Assembly: GCA_038316435.1 (NCBI GenBank)
Contig: JBBQAQ010000015.1
Span: 9,384-73,383, forward strand
DNA from: Bacteroidales bacterium
Lineage (GTDB): Bacteria; Bacteroidota; Bacteroidia; Bacteroidales; GCA-2748055
Direction of reading: 5' to 3'
Length of the DNA: 64,000 nucleotides
Shown here: positions 10,687-20,251 of the stretch, in pieces
How positions within the stretch are numbered: position 1 is the first letter of the stretch
How the letters are laid out: every line of letters starts with the position of its first letter
Translations under genes and position numbers: made by a program
Notes under the pieces: model-generated
Databases searched by the model: none
Seen by the model: only the letters and a program-made list of their open reading frames with translations
What the model was told of the DNA's origin: nothing

Positions 10687-12180
10687 CTAATTTGCAGAGG
10701 CTGTGTTTATAAGCCAGTAATTATATTCGTTCAGCAAAGCATTTGAAAACATTTCGGCAATAATCCTGGCACCTCTTGAGTTGAAATGGATATAATCCGA
10801 AGCAGCTAGCGCAGGTTTTGCTGTCACCCAACTAGGCATTGAGTTTTTCCCTCCCATCGCTTCATACATATCCCAAAATACAAATCCTGAATCGAGGGTT
10901 GCTTTCCGCATTGCATCACGTATTCCTTCAAGATTCGGATACGTAATATAATTATCCTTTTCTTTCATCGACATGTCTGAGGGTCCGATTACAACAACTG
11001 GTATTCCTGGAAGAACTCTTTTTATTACCAGCAGTTCACGCTTAAAATATCTCTCGTAAGCTGAATAATTATCTTTCATGTATGGTACCACATTTCCTCC
11101 AAACTGAAGGACTACAAGACCCACATCCATCATTTTATACATTTGGGAAAGAAATGCAGTATCTGTTTTTGAGAAAACCAGACCGGAACTGCCTCTTAGA
11201 GGGATATTATCGAGAGCAACTCCCCATGAATTATCCATTGAAATACCATAAATATTACTAAAGCCAAGTCCGGAAAACTCGAATTTCAGTTCAGAGGGAG
11301 TTTCAGAAAAATGCCATTTGAGTTTTTTTAGCTCTGGTCCAGGTACTAGTTTCAATGAATCTATAATTTTTTCGCCTTCATAAACCTGTAAATAAACAGG
11401 TTCAAAATCGGGTTGAATAAAAAGAGACACGTCAGAGTATTGGCGCGAAGATGCAAAAGCCATAGGAGAAGCCATAAATTTAAGCCAAGTCCTGTTTCGT
11501 GATCCCTTTAACGTATCAGAACGAATAGGTCTGACAAAAGAAAGCATTGCCCCAAAACGTTCATGTCCCAAAGGTGAATTGTTTTCGGAAAACCCTGTAA
11601 AACGCTCCCAATTATCAGAATACTCTTGTTTTATGGAGGATTGGCCATTATACAAAGGAACAGCAGGTATTGTACCGCAACCTGATCCCCCGAAAGTAAT
11701 CTGCATTTTATTCCGGATAAATGAACTCATCCGGTCTGCTTCAATCTGTGAATCGCCGTAATGTAAGATTCTCACTAATTTTTTTTGAGTTTTCAGGTTT
11801 CTGAGTTTTCTGAAAAAGGGAAACAAGACTTGAGGGTCTTCACCGGAATATTGCAATGCATAGCTAATTCTTCTCAGGCTATCGGCATTGGCTTTAACAG
11901 AATCTGAGATCACTGACAATTTCATCTGTTCCTCCGAATCGTTCAGAAGCATGAAAAGTGAGTCTATTTCCTCATCAGAAAGTGGAATTTTAGTATTCTG
12001 AAGGATGTTGGAAATATCTGCATATTGCACGGTGTCTTTATCCAGAAAATCCTGAGTGGAAGCAAACTTCAGTTTAATATCCTTTCCAACCATTACTCCC
12101 TTTTCAGGAAAAATCAGTGATAACAAAAAAAGCAAAATAAATACACTGATAATAAAAGCTAAGGTCAGAAAGGGTTTCAT
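10687..12180 (-). CDS. Membrane-anchored SGNH/GDSL-fold protein, putative partner O-acetyltransferase/esterase of the MBOAT
   Basis: It has an N-terminal TM anchor. SGNH blocks are visible: HYGDSQ (I), FGGN (III) and SDYIH (V, DxxH). It lies 4 nt from the MBOAT gene. Confidence 0.6.
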   Translation of the reverse strand: MKPFLTLAFIISVFILLFLLSLIFPEKGVMVGKDIKLKFASTQDFLDKDTVQYADISNILQNTKIPLSDEEIDSLFMLLNDSEEQMKLSVISDSVKANADSLRRISYALQYSGEDPQVLFPFFRKLRNLKTQKKLVRILHYGDSQIEADRMSSFIRNKMQITFGGSGCGTIPAVPLYNGQSSIKQEYSDNWERFTGFSENNSPLGHERFGAMLSFVRPIRSDTLKGSRNRTWLKFMASPMAFASSRQYSDVSLFIQPDFEPVYLQVYEGEKIIDSLKLVPGPELKKLKWHFSETPSELKFEFSGLGFSNIYGISMDNSWGVALDNIPLRGSSGLVFSKTDTAFLSQMYKMMDVGLVVLQFGGNVVPYMKDNYSAYERYFKRELLVIKRVLPGIPVVVIGPSDMSMKEKDNYITYPNLEGIRDAMRKATLDSGFVFWDMYEAMGGKNSMPSWVTAKPALAASDYIHFNSRGARIIAEMFSNALLNEYNYWLINTASAN

Positions 12181-12202
12181 AGCCTTGGGGTTAGTGAGTG
12201 CT

Positions 12203-13807
12203 TCAGCCTTTCTTCTTAATCTTAATTATCTGCCCCGGCTTAATGCTATCCCCATCTCTCATATTATTTATACTGATAATTTGCGTATCCGTAACTCCGG
12301 GAAACCTTTTGGCGATTTCCCATAAAGTATCACCTGACCTGACTGTATAATAAATAAAATCTCCTGTATAACCCATGGTTGCAGGGGTTCCAACAGTAGT
12401 GGCGGCTTGAGTGGTAATGTTGGTAACAGGTTTGCCAACTTTCGCCTGTTTTTCCTCGAAACTCATCGTTTCAATATTAACGTACCGGCTCGCACTAGCT
12501 TTTGGAACATAAATAACCAGCCTTTGTCCGGAACGAATCATATTCTGTCTAATATTGTTCCAATACCGGATGTCGGAAAGCTGAACATTATACCATGTTG
12601 AAACAAAGCCAAGGTTATCGCCTGACTTAACAGTATATATAAGTTTTGTGTACTTATCCGCCGGAAGGTCAGCCAAGTAAGTTGTTTTAGCAGTAGGACT
12701 GATGATTACATTATCCTTGTTAAAATAAACGGAATCTTTGTAGGCAAAGATAGAATCCTGCAATTCGATAAAGCGCATGGATTGTTTTTGCGGAATTCTA
12801 AGTGCATAAGCCTTACTGTCACCGGGGATAATATCGTATTTATACTGAGGATTTAGATCTCTTAATTGTTCAAGGGGAATGCCCATAACTTCAGAAACCT
12901 GCTTTAGATGAAGTTTATCGTGGATTAAGATGGTATCTGAAAGAAATTCAAAATCTACAGAAACGGGGTAAAGATTATGCTCTTTGGAATAGTTCATAAC
13001 ATAGGTTGCTGCGATAAAAGCAGGTACATACCCCCTTGTTTCCCGAGGGAGATAATAATAAATATCCCAGTAATTTCTTTTGCCACCTGAGCGACGAATT
13101 GCCTTATTCACATTTCCTGGCCCGCAATTATAGGCGGCAATTACCAAGGTCCAGTCGTTGTAAATATCATGAAGATCCTTTAAAAAACTGGCTGCTGCAA
13201 TAGTGCTTTTCAACGGATCCCTTCTTTCGTCAACCAATGAATTAATGGTTAGTCCATAAGTTTTACCAGTATAATACATGAACTGCCACATCCCTGTTGC
13301 TCCGGCCCGTGAGACCGCGCGCGGATTAAGCGCCGATTCAATTATAGATAAATACTTAAGCTCATCGGGAATACCGTAGCGATCGAAAACCTCCTCAACC
13401 ATTGGAAAATAATAGTCAGTAAGCCTCAGCATGATCTGAACTCTATCACGACGGCTATGCGTGTACATATCAATGAAATTCCTGACAACACGGTTATACG
13501 ACATTTCCATTACAACCGGTAAGCGCCCTAATCGTTCAATATACACTGAATCAGTATAAACCGGTACAAGATCGGCATTCACATATATCAGACTATCGGC
13601 ATCTTCGATTTGCACACCCATTTGCACGTAATAAAGGTTCAACAGGCTGTCGAGATTGTCACCAAATCCCGAAATCGCCAGATTATCACTAAACCTGATT
13701 GTATCTTTGTCATCCGCTTTCAGGATGCTCGCACCAATAAAATATACTACTAGAAGGCTTAAGATAAATTTCCAAACTCTCATTTCAGTTTTTTTAAATT
13801 TTGACAA
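12203..13807 (-). CDS. Lytic transglycosylase (SLT domain) with C-terminal LysM repeats (MltD-like)
   Basis: The SLT catalytic motif SIIESALNPRAVSRAGATGMWQFM is present. Two clear LysM repeats are seen (YTVKSGDNLGFVS..., YTVRSGDTLWEIA...). Confidence 0.85.
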   Translation of the reverse strand: MSKFKKTEMRVWKFILSLLVVYFIGASILKADDKDTIRFSDNLAISGFGDNLDSLLNLYYVQMGVQIEDADSLIYVNADLVPVYTDSVYIERLGRLPVVMEMSYNRVVRNFIDMYTHSRRDRVQIMLRLTDYYFPMVEEVFDRYGIPDELKYLSIIESALNPRAVSRAGATGMWQFMYYTGKTYGLTINSLVDERRDPLKSTIAAASFLKDLHDIYNDWTLVIAAYNCGPGNVNKAIRRSGGKRNYWDIYYYLPRETRGYVPAFIAATYVMNYSKEHNLYPVSVDFEFLSDTILIHDKLHLKQVSEVMGIPLEQLRDLNPQYKYDIIPGDSKAYALRIPQKQSMRFIELQDSIFAYKDSVYFNKDNVIISPTAKTTYLADLPADKYTKLIYTVKSGDNLGFVSTWYNVQLSDIRYWNNIRQNMIRSGQRLVIYVPKASASRYVNIETMSFEEKQAKVGKPVTNITTQAATTVGTPATMGYTGDFIYYTVRSGDTLWEIAKRFPGVTDTQIISINNMRDGDSIKPGQIIKIKKKG

Positions 13808-13982
13808 AGATAAAAAATAAAAAAATAGGATTCTCCAGAATTCAACACTTCAGACTGTTTTGGAAAATCCCTCTAAATAAAACATTACTTAAACTAAGCT
13901 ATAAAACAATTTTAAATACAAAAGGGAATAATAAAATAACAAATAAGAAGAACTATAAAACTGAACTATTTTCTTGTGATAT

Positions 13983-14597
13983 TCAAAATGAAAATGATGC
14001 CCTAAGAGCCAGAGTATTAGACGCTGGCGTCATTAAAAGTGAAGGCGATTGAATAATTGCCGGTTCAATTTTCATACTTAAATCTTCGCTGATATTCCAG
14101 TCGAAAAGATACGCATCAACTGTTGCGTCAAGAATCTGAAGAATATAAAAACCTGCTGTACCAATAATAGAAAGATCTCGGTACCGCTTATATGAATTCT
14201 TTGTACGGTCAATCTGTTCAAGAGTAAGTGGGAAATCATATTCAAGATCATAATCAGGAAAATCGATATAGGCCTGTTTCCATTTGAGATATCCCTTCTG
14301 ATTAAAGTCAATGAAAAATGCTAAGGTGCCGAAACCCACATAAACTATAGGAACTTTCCAGTACTTTTTATTATATACTTGCCCGAGACCGGGAATAATA
14401 GCTAAGAATGAGGCTTTTCTGGGGCTGTGATAGGCTGAATCAAGCTTATAAGCTTCGCTGTATGTAGTTGTATCCTGTACAATCTCTTTTTCCTGAGCGG
14501 TTAATTTAAAAGACACTATAAAAACAAACAGGAGAACCAGACTGGTTCTCCATGCTAATTTTCTGATACTTCTATATGTCAGATCAATTTCAGTCAT
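13983..14597 (-). CDS. DUF5683-like membrane protein
   Basis: The motif IIPGLGQVYNKKYWKVPIVY matches my recollection of this family. The gene overlaps the parB stop by 8 nt. This position after parB is a conserved arrangement in Bacteroidota. Confidence 0.55.
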   Translation of the reverse strand: MTEIDLTYRSIRKLAWRTSLVLLFVFIVSFKLTAQEKEIVQDTTTYSEAYKLDSAYHSPRKASFLAIIPGLGQVYNKKYWKVPIVYVGFGTLAFFIDFNQKGYLKWKQAYIDFPDYDLEYDFPLTLEQIDRTKNSYKRYRDLSIIGTAGFYILQILDATVDAYLFDWNISEDLSMKIEPAIIQSPSLLMTPASNTLALRASFSF

Positions 14598-15477
14598 TCA
14601 GCTTGTCAAGGATTGCAACAATTCGTTCCAATTCTTCATCGGAAGTGAAGGGTATAACGATTTTCCCTGAGCCTTTAGTATTTCTTTTAAAGTCAACTTT
14701 TGTTCCAAAGTGTTTGGTGAGATGTGAAGTCAGATCATCATACTCTTTCGACTGAGGCTCACGGGTTTCCTTTTCAACAGGTTCTTTGCTCGGCTTTACA
14801 CCAGCCTGAAGTTTACGAACGAGTTCTTCTACTTTTCTAACGGAAAGCTCCGATTTAATAGCTTCCTCATACACATATTGCTGATCTTCAGTATCTTCAA
14901 GATTAATAAGTGCACGTGCATGCCCCATGGAAATTTTTCCTTCTCTTAATCCAATCTGGATCAAAGCAGGCAGTTTAAGCAGTCGCAGGTAATTGGAAAT
15001 AGTTGAGCGCTTTTTACCCACACGGTCGCTAAGATTTTCCTGTGTTAAATTACATTCTTCTATTAATCGCTGGTAGCTAATAGCAACTTCAATGGAATCG
15101 AGGTCCTCACGTTGAATGTTTTCAACGAGGGCCATTTCAAGCATATTCTGGTCATCAGCAACTCTGACATATGCGGGGATCTTTTTTAGTCCGATCTTTT
15201 TTGCCGCCCGGAATCTTCTCTCACCTGTAATAAGCTGATATTTACCATTTTCCAGCACTCTTACAGTAATCGGCTGAATAATTCCAATCGTTTTAATTGA
15301 TTCGGCAAGTTCTTCCAGTGCCTCTTCATCAAATTTCGACCGGGGTTGCCAGGGGTTTGTTTCAATATCCTTGATTGCAACTTCACTTATAGCATCTACA
15401 ACTGATTTTGCGTTTTCAGTATCTGCTCCTTCTATCAAAGCATTTAATCCTCTCCCAAGCACATTTTTTGTGGCCAT
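14590..15477 (-). CDS. parB: Chromosome partitioning protein ParB
   Basis: The ParB box LITGERRFRAA is present, together with an HTH region (LTQENLSDRVGKKRSTISNYLRLL). Confidence 0.9.
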   Translation of the reverse strand: MATKNVLGRGLNALIEGADTENAKSVVDAISEVAIKDIETNPWQPRSKFDEEALEELAESIKTIGIIQPITVRVLENGKYQLITGERRFRAAKKIGLKKIPAYVRVADDQNMLEMALVENIQREDLDSIEVAISYQRLIEECNLTQENLSDRVGKKRSTISNYLRLLKLPALIQIGLREGKISMGHARALINLEDTEDQQYVYEEAIKSELSVRKVEELVRKLQAGVKPSKEPVEKETREPQSKEYDDLTSHLTKHFGTKVDFKRNTKGSGKIVIPFTSDEELERIVAILDKLND

Positions 15478-15486
15478 AATTCTGAA

Positions 15487-16287
15487 TTATTCTATTATTT
15501 TCTCTTTGTTCTTTATTAAAGTCTGATCGTTTCTTTGCAAAATTTCTCTGGCAAGGTTCAGATAATTTATAGCTCCTTTTGATTCAGCATCATACAATAC
15601 AACCGGTTTTCCGAAGCTTGGGGCTTCGCTTAGCTTAATATTTCTCTGAACGATGGTTTCAAAAACCATCTCCTGAAAATGTTTTTTCACTTCTTCAACA
15701 ACCTGATTCGAGAGGCGAAGGCGTGCATCATACATGGTAAGCAGAAACCCTTCGATTTCCAGATCCGGATTCAACCTGTTTTGTATTATTTTAATGGTAT
15801 TCAGCAATTTACCAAGACCCTCCAGTGCAAAATATTCGCATTGAACAGGAATACAAACAGAGTCGGCGGCAGTAAGTGAGTTAACAGTTATCAATCCCAA
15901 TGAAGGAGAGCAATCGATTAGAATAAAATCATATTTATCCCGAACTTTCTCAACAACTTTCTTGAGCATAAACTCCCTTTCCGGCAAGTTCAGCATCTCA
16001 ATTTCTGCTCCAACCAGATCAATATGTGAGGGTATCAGATCAAGATACTCCATTTCGGAATTCAAAATGATTTTATTGGGATCGACATCCTCAATCAGAC
16101 ACTCATAGATGCTGGTTTTTACCTTTCTAATGTCAAAGCCGGTTCCGGATGTAGCGTTAGCCTGCGGATCTGCATCAATAATCAACGTTCTTTTCTCCAG
16201 AACAGCAAAACTTGCGCCCAGATTAATGGCTGTGGTTGTCTTTCCAACTCCACCTTTCTGATTTGCTAATGCAATTACTTTACCCAT
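15487..16287 (-). CDS. parA: Chromosome partitioning ATPase ParA/Soj
   Basis: It has the deviant Walker [11 protein letters not shown] and shows ParA/MinD family features throughout. Confidence 0.9.
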   Translation of the reverse strand: MGKVIALANQKGGVGKTTTAINLGASFAVLEKRTLIIDADPQANATSGTGFDIRKVKTSIYECLIEDVDPNKIILNSEMEYLDLIPSHIDLVGAEIEMLNLPEREFMLKKVVEKVRDKYDFILIDCSPSLGLITVNSLTAADSVCIPVQCEYFALEGLGKLLNTIKIIQNRLNPDLEIEGFLLTMYDARLRLSNQVVEEVKKHFQEMVFETIVQRNIKLSEAPSFGKPVVLYDAESKGAINYLNLAREILQRNDQTLIKNKEKIIE

Positions 16288-16379
16288 GTAGTATATGTTT
16301 TTTACAAAATAATCTTTATTTTCAGGGGATTCAAATTTACTACTTAAATAACAACCCGCATTTTTTTAAGAGTTTTATA

Positions 16380-16414
16380 TTGTGAACAAGTTATTTTGGG
16401 GTTGTGAACAAGTT
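16380..16414. repeat. Two exact copies of the 13-mer TTGTGAACAAGTT (16380-16392 and 16402-16414), 22 bp start-to-start
   Basis: Read directly from the sequence. The repeats lie about 95-125 nt upstream of the parA start. Each copy contains the TTGTnnACAA dyad. Confidence 0.5.
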
Positions 16415-16491
16415 TTCAACAAAAAACGCTTGTGGCAAAAATAGTGATTTAATTTTAATGTGAAGCTTCAGAAAATTCATAATTCACTATT

Positions 16492-16615
16492 CAATGTCGT
16501 TTGCTTAAGAAATTTTCTGATTCTAAAAAATGCCCCACCCCAACCTCCCGAGTTCGGGAGGTTGGGGTGGGGCTGATTTTTGAAGATTTCGGACACCCTT
16601 AAGTAAACGACATTG
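16492..16615. mobile_element. MITE-like palindromic insertion (124 bp) with 18-bp terminal inverted repeats and a 10-bp direct flanking duplication
   Basis: The TIRs are CAATGTCGTTTGCTTAAG (16492-16509) and CTTAAGTAAACGACATTG (16598-16615), matching at 17 of 18 positions. The flanking ATTCACTATT occurs at 16482-16491 and again at 16616-16625 in direct orientation. The core is a perfect 19-bp GC-rich hairpin at 16532-16573 (GCCCCACCCCAACCTCCCG agtt CGGGAGGTTGGGGTGGGGC). Confidence 0.55.
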
Positions 16616-16725
16616 ATTCACTATTTCAAAATTAAATTAAATTAATCTCTGTAACCTGACTTTATTCAGATCAATTCTATTTATAAAAAAAGTTTACCTT
16701 TGAACCTCCTCAAATATTCTGACCG

Positions 16726-17673
16726 ATGAATAAAGAATGGAAAGATAACTGGATGGTTATTGTCAATCCCAATGCTGGAGCAGGAAAGGGATGGATTGAC
16801 TGGCCTAAGATAGAATCGCTTCTGAATACCTACGGATTTACTTTCCGTTATGAATTTACTCTTAAAAGGTTACACGCCATTGTACTTACCCGAAAATTTA
16901 TTAACGAAGGGTACCGCAAAATAATTGTGATAGGTGGGGATGGTACCATGAACGAGGTTATAAATGGAATTTTTAGTCAGAATAGTGTTGAAACATCCGA
17001 AATAATTTTGGGAATAATACCAGTCGGTACCGGAAACGACTGGGGCAGGATGTTTGGGATTAGCCAGAATTATGAAAAAGCAATTCAGACTATTCAGGCT
17101 TCAAGAACCTTCATTCAAGATGCCGGTAAAGTTATCTTTCAGAAGAACCAAAGAACACAACAGCGATATTTTGTGAATATTGCAGGATTAGGATTTGATG
17201 CACTTGTTGTAAAGAAAACCAATATAAGTAAAGACAAAGGAAGGACCAATCCGCTTATTTACAAGTACAATATTTTCACATCCCTTTTTAGTTTTAAAAC
17301 TCCCCGCGCTACTATTGAAGTCGATGGGAAAGCTGTTATAAATGATGTTTTTAATGTATCGGTTGGTATCTGCAAATATAACGGCGGAGGAATGATGCCA
17401 CTTCCCGATGCTAAGGCGGACGATGGACTTTTTGACCTTACCGTAATAAAGAAAATTGCCCGATGGGATGTAATCCGCAGCATAAAACAGTTGTATGATG
17501 GTAGTATTGTCAGGCATCCCAAAGTAGTTACTTACCAAGGGAAAAGTATTAAGATTTCCTCCAATACCAATATTTTCGTGGAAACCGATGGAGAGAGTCT
17601 GGGCCATACTCCCATGGTATTCGAAATAATCCCGAGAAGCATTTGTGTATTAAGTGCTGCAGAAACGGCGTAA
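16726..17673 (+). CDS. Diacylglycerol/lipid kinase family protein (YegS/DagK-like)
   Basis: The DAGK catalytic-domain motif VIGGDGTMNEV is present, as is IIPVGTGND. Confidence 0.8.
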   Translation: MNKEWKDNWMVIVNPNAGAGKGWIDWPKIESLLNTYGFTFRYEFTLKRLHAIVLTRKFINEGYRKIIVIGGDGTMNEVINGIFSQNSVETSEIILGIIPVGTGNDWGRMFGISQNYEKAIQTIQASRTFIQDAGKVIFQKNQRTQQRYFVNIAGLGFDALVVKKTNISKDKGRTNPLIYKYNIFTSLFSFKTPRATIEVDGKAVINDVFNVSVGICKYNGGGMMPLPDAKADDGLFDLTVIKKIARWDVIRSIKQLYDGSIVRHPKVVTYQGKSIKISSNTNIFVETDGESLGHTPMVFEIIPRSICVLSAAETA

Positions 17674-17674
17674 A

Positions 17675-18787
17675 CTACCTCTTAATCAACTCGATATTGT
17701 AGATTTTTGGCCAGTATTTTCCAGTTACAAATAATCGTTTCCCGCTTTCATCCCAGGCAATTCCGTTGAGAACATCAATGTTATCGTGCTTGTCTTCTTG
17801 CTTAAGCAAACCATTCATGTCAGCTTTCCCAATGACTTTGCCTGTTTCCGGATCTATCATAACAATTTCATTAGTCATGTAACGGTTTGCATAGATAATG
17901 CCATTAATAAACTCCAATTCATTAAGACTGTCTACTTCTCCAACATTATCATAAACTTCAATTTTACGGATAACACTGAAATATTCTGGTTCTCGGAAAT
18001 ACAAAACATTTGTGCCATCGCTCATAATAATTTCCTTACCGTTATTGCATAATCCCCATCCTTCTGCATTCTGGTAGCCAAATTTCTGAATTAGTTCAAA
18101 ACTTTCAGAATCATAGATAAAACCTATTTGAGAGCGGTAAGTAATCTGATAAATCTTTCTATTCAGCAAAGTGATACCTTCGCCAAAAATTTCTGAACTA
18201 TTACTTCTGAATTTTATTTTATCACCGGTTCCTGGAAGAACTTTTTGTAGAGATGACTCTCTGTACTGACCTGTACCTTCATAAAAATAACCATCATGAT
18301 ATTCAAAACCCTGAGTATAGGATTTCTTATCGTGTGGGAAAGTGCTTAAAATACGATAGGTGTAAGAAGTTGGTTTTATATCACTTACAAACCGCAACGT
18401 CATTGATTTTGACTCAGTTCTTCCATCCAGAAAGAAAACTTCCATTTTTAATCTTTTTATACCGGGGGAGATACCCTTGGTTTCAACTGAAAGATCAGTT
18501 ATGCTCCCCGAAATTTTCCCTGCTGGTTTTCCATCAAGTCCGAAAAGGATAGAGTCGGCTTGAATTAATTTATTCTCGTTTTTTATTTTTACAGCAACAG
18601 GATTTCCCGGAATAATTAGCTGATTACTGGCAGGTGAAACAAAACTATAAGTTTGCGGAGGAGTTTTTATTGTCGATGCATTATCTTTTTCTTTGAGGTT
18701 TGTTCCTCGTTTTTCCTGAACACAACATGAAAAAGTAAAAAAAACGCCACTGAAAAAAATGATGAAAACAGATTTAAGAATATTCAT
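17675..18787 (-). CDS. Glutaminyl-peptide cyclotransferase (beta-propeller type) with an extra N-terminal domain
   Basis: The C-terminal ~240 aa match the plant/bacterial glutamine cyclotransferase pattern (FPHD...YTQGFEY.DG.FYEGTGQY..S.L). An N-terminal signal and an Ig-like ~130 aa region precede it. Confidence 0.7.
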   Translation of the reverse strand: MNILKSVFIIFFSGVFFTFSCCVQEKRGTNLKEKDNASTIKTPPQTYSFVSPASNQLIIPGNPVAVKIKNENKLIQADSILFGLDGKPAGKISGSITDLSVETKGISPGIKRLKMEVFFLDGRTESKSMTLRFVSDIKPTSYTYRILSTFPHDKKSYTQGFEYHDGYFYEGTGQYRESSLQKVLPGTGDKIKFRSNSSEIFGEGITLLNRKIYQITYRSQIGFIYDSESFELIQKFGYQNAEGWGLCNNGKEIIMSDGTNVLYFREPEYFSVIRKIEVYDNVGEVDSLNELEFINGIIYANRYMTNEIVMIDPETGKVIGKADMNGLLKQEDKHDNIDVLNGIAWDESGKRLFVTGKYWPKIYNIELIKR

Positions 18788-18791
18788 GTTG

Positions 18792-19220
18792 TCAAGGAAA
18801 AAGTTTTTTAAGATTGCCCAGAACGGAGGATTTATTTCGTTTTAATCTCTTAAGTTCCTCCTTTTGTCCGGGGTTCTCATCAGGATTCAGCATGTGCCAT
18901 ATTTCACCCCATCCGGGTAAACCGCCAACATTCCGGTCGTCAATAAAAATATCCGCATTAATTTTTCTGCTGGTTGTTTCGTTGTGTTTCTCTTCCGGGT
19001 AACTTTTGTTCACGGCATAGAACTCAATTCCCCTTTGGCGGCAAAATTCCAATGCAGCCTCAAGTTCATTGCCACTTCTGACAGTCCATAATATCAGCTG
19101 ATGGTTTTGTTTTTGCAAATCCCTTAGTGTATCGAAAGCGAAAAGAATCTCTTTCCCTATTTCGGGATAGCGGTGTTCCACAAGTGTACCATCAAAATCA
19201 ACTGCAATTATCATACGCAA
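18792..19220 (-). CDS. Small HAD-superfamily-like hydrolase
   Basis: HAD motif I is present (AVDFDGTL), with DD near the C-terminal part (IFIDDR). Length is 142 aa. Confidence 0.5.
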   Translation of the reverse strand: MRMIIAVDFDGTLVEHRYPEIGKEILFAFDTLRDLQKQNHQLILWTVRSGNELEAALEFCRQRGIEFYAVNKSYPEEKHNETTSRKINADIFIDDRNVGGLPGWGEIWHMLNPDENPGQKEELKRLKRNKSSVLGNLKKLFP

Positions 19221-19325
19221 TGAGTTTTATTGAGATGGCAAATTTAAGAAAAATAATTGTGGAAAACATGAACAGGCCTGAATGTAAAAATGTTGTGCAG
19301 GCTGGCCTGCACAACAAGGAAGATA

Positions 19326-20246
19326 CTACTTAGTTGAAAAAAGGTCTTCAATAGAAAGATATCTTTCGCCAGTATCATAACAAAAGGTTAGAATCTTTGC
19401 TCCGGTTTTTATCTCTGGTAGCTTTTTATTTACTGCCGCAAGGCTTGCTCCACTTGAAATCCCAACAAATATCCCCTCTTCTCTGGCCGCTCTGCGTGCA
19501 AATTCAAAGGCTTCGTCTTTACTAACCTGTATCGTTCCATCGATTAAACTGGTATCTAAATTCTTTGGAATAAACCCAGCTCCAATGCCCTGAATGGGAT
19601 GCGGACCAGGTGCTCCACCACTAATTACAGGCGATAATTCAGGTTCAACAGCAAATACTTTTATTCCTGGGAACTTCTTTTTAAGAATCCTGGAAACACC
19701 GGTAATATGCCCGCCTGTTCCTACCCCTGTGATCAGGTAATCCAGGCCGTCAGGGAAATCCTTAATGATTTCTTCGGCAGTAAATTTTTCATGGACAAGT
19801 GGATTGGCGGGATTATCAAATTGTCCCGGCATCCACGACCCCTCAATTTCCTGCAACATTGAATTGGCTTTCGCAATAGCACCTTTCATGCCTTCGGATC
19901 GCGGCGTAAGTTCAAGTTCAGCGCCGTAGGCCGACATAATATTTCGACGTTCTACCGACATGGATTCTGGCATTACCAGAATAAGTCGGTATTTTTTGAC
20001 CGCAGCAACCATCGAAAGGCCAATACCTGTATTTCCACTTGTAGGTTCAATTATCACAGATCCCTTTTTCAGAATCCCTCTTTTCTCAGCATCTTCGACC
20101 ATGCTAAGTGCTATGCGATCTTTGATGCTTCCTCCAGGATTTGCTCGTTCTAATTTCATCCAAACTTCAACTCCCTCTTTAAAAATGGAATTAATTCTAA
20201 CGTGAGGTGTATTTCCAATGGTTTCTAAAATGTTTTTTACTTTCAT
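19326..20246 (-). CDS. cysK: Cysteine synthase A (O-acetylserine sulfhydrylase)
   Basis: The PLP-lysine motif GGSIKDR is present, as are TSGNTGIGL and GVGTGG. Confidence 0.9.
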   Translation of the reverse strand: MKVKNILETIGNTPHVRINSIFKEGVEVWMKLERANPGGSIKDRIALSMVEDAEKRGILKKGSVIIEPTSGNTGIGLSMVAAVKKYRLILVMPESMSVERRNIMSAYGAELELTPRSEGMKGAIAKANSMLQEIEGSWMPGQFDNPANPLVHEKFTAEEIIKDFPDGLDYLITGVGTGGHITGVSRILKKKFPGIKVFAVEPELSPVISGGAPGPHPIQGIGAGFIPKNLDTSLIDGTIQVSKDEAFEFARRAAREEGIFVGISSGASLAAVNKKLPEIKTGAKILTFCYDTGERYLSIEDLFSTK

Positions 20247-20251
20247 GATTT

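Noticed and set aside
12056-12325. 89-aa plus-strand ORF spanning the junction of the SGNH gene and the lytic transglycosylase gene.
   Set aside because: It is antisense to two well-supported genes, crosses their intergenic gap, and has no recognisable motif.
13801-14052. 83-aa plus-strand ORF in the AT-rich gap upstream of the lytic transglycosylase.
   Set aside because: The Lys/Asn-rich translation is what AT-rich promoter DNA gives. It also overlaps the 3' end of the DUF5683-like gene.
16532-16573. The perfect GC-rich hairpin, considered as a simple intrinsic terminator or small RNA.
   Set aside because: It is better explained as the core of the larger TIR- and TSD-bounded element. It may still terminate transcription, but it is not an independent feature.
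16288-16725. Possible replication origin or parS region, because it is the intergenic region next to parAB.
   Set aside because: I could not find a canonical parS (TGTTTCACGTGAAACA) or a cluster of DnaA boxes (TTATCCACA) by eye. Only the 13-mer repeats and the MITE-like element are present. dnaA and dnaN are not in the window.
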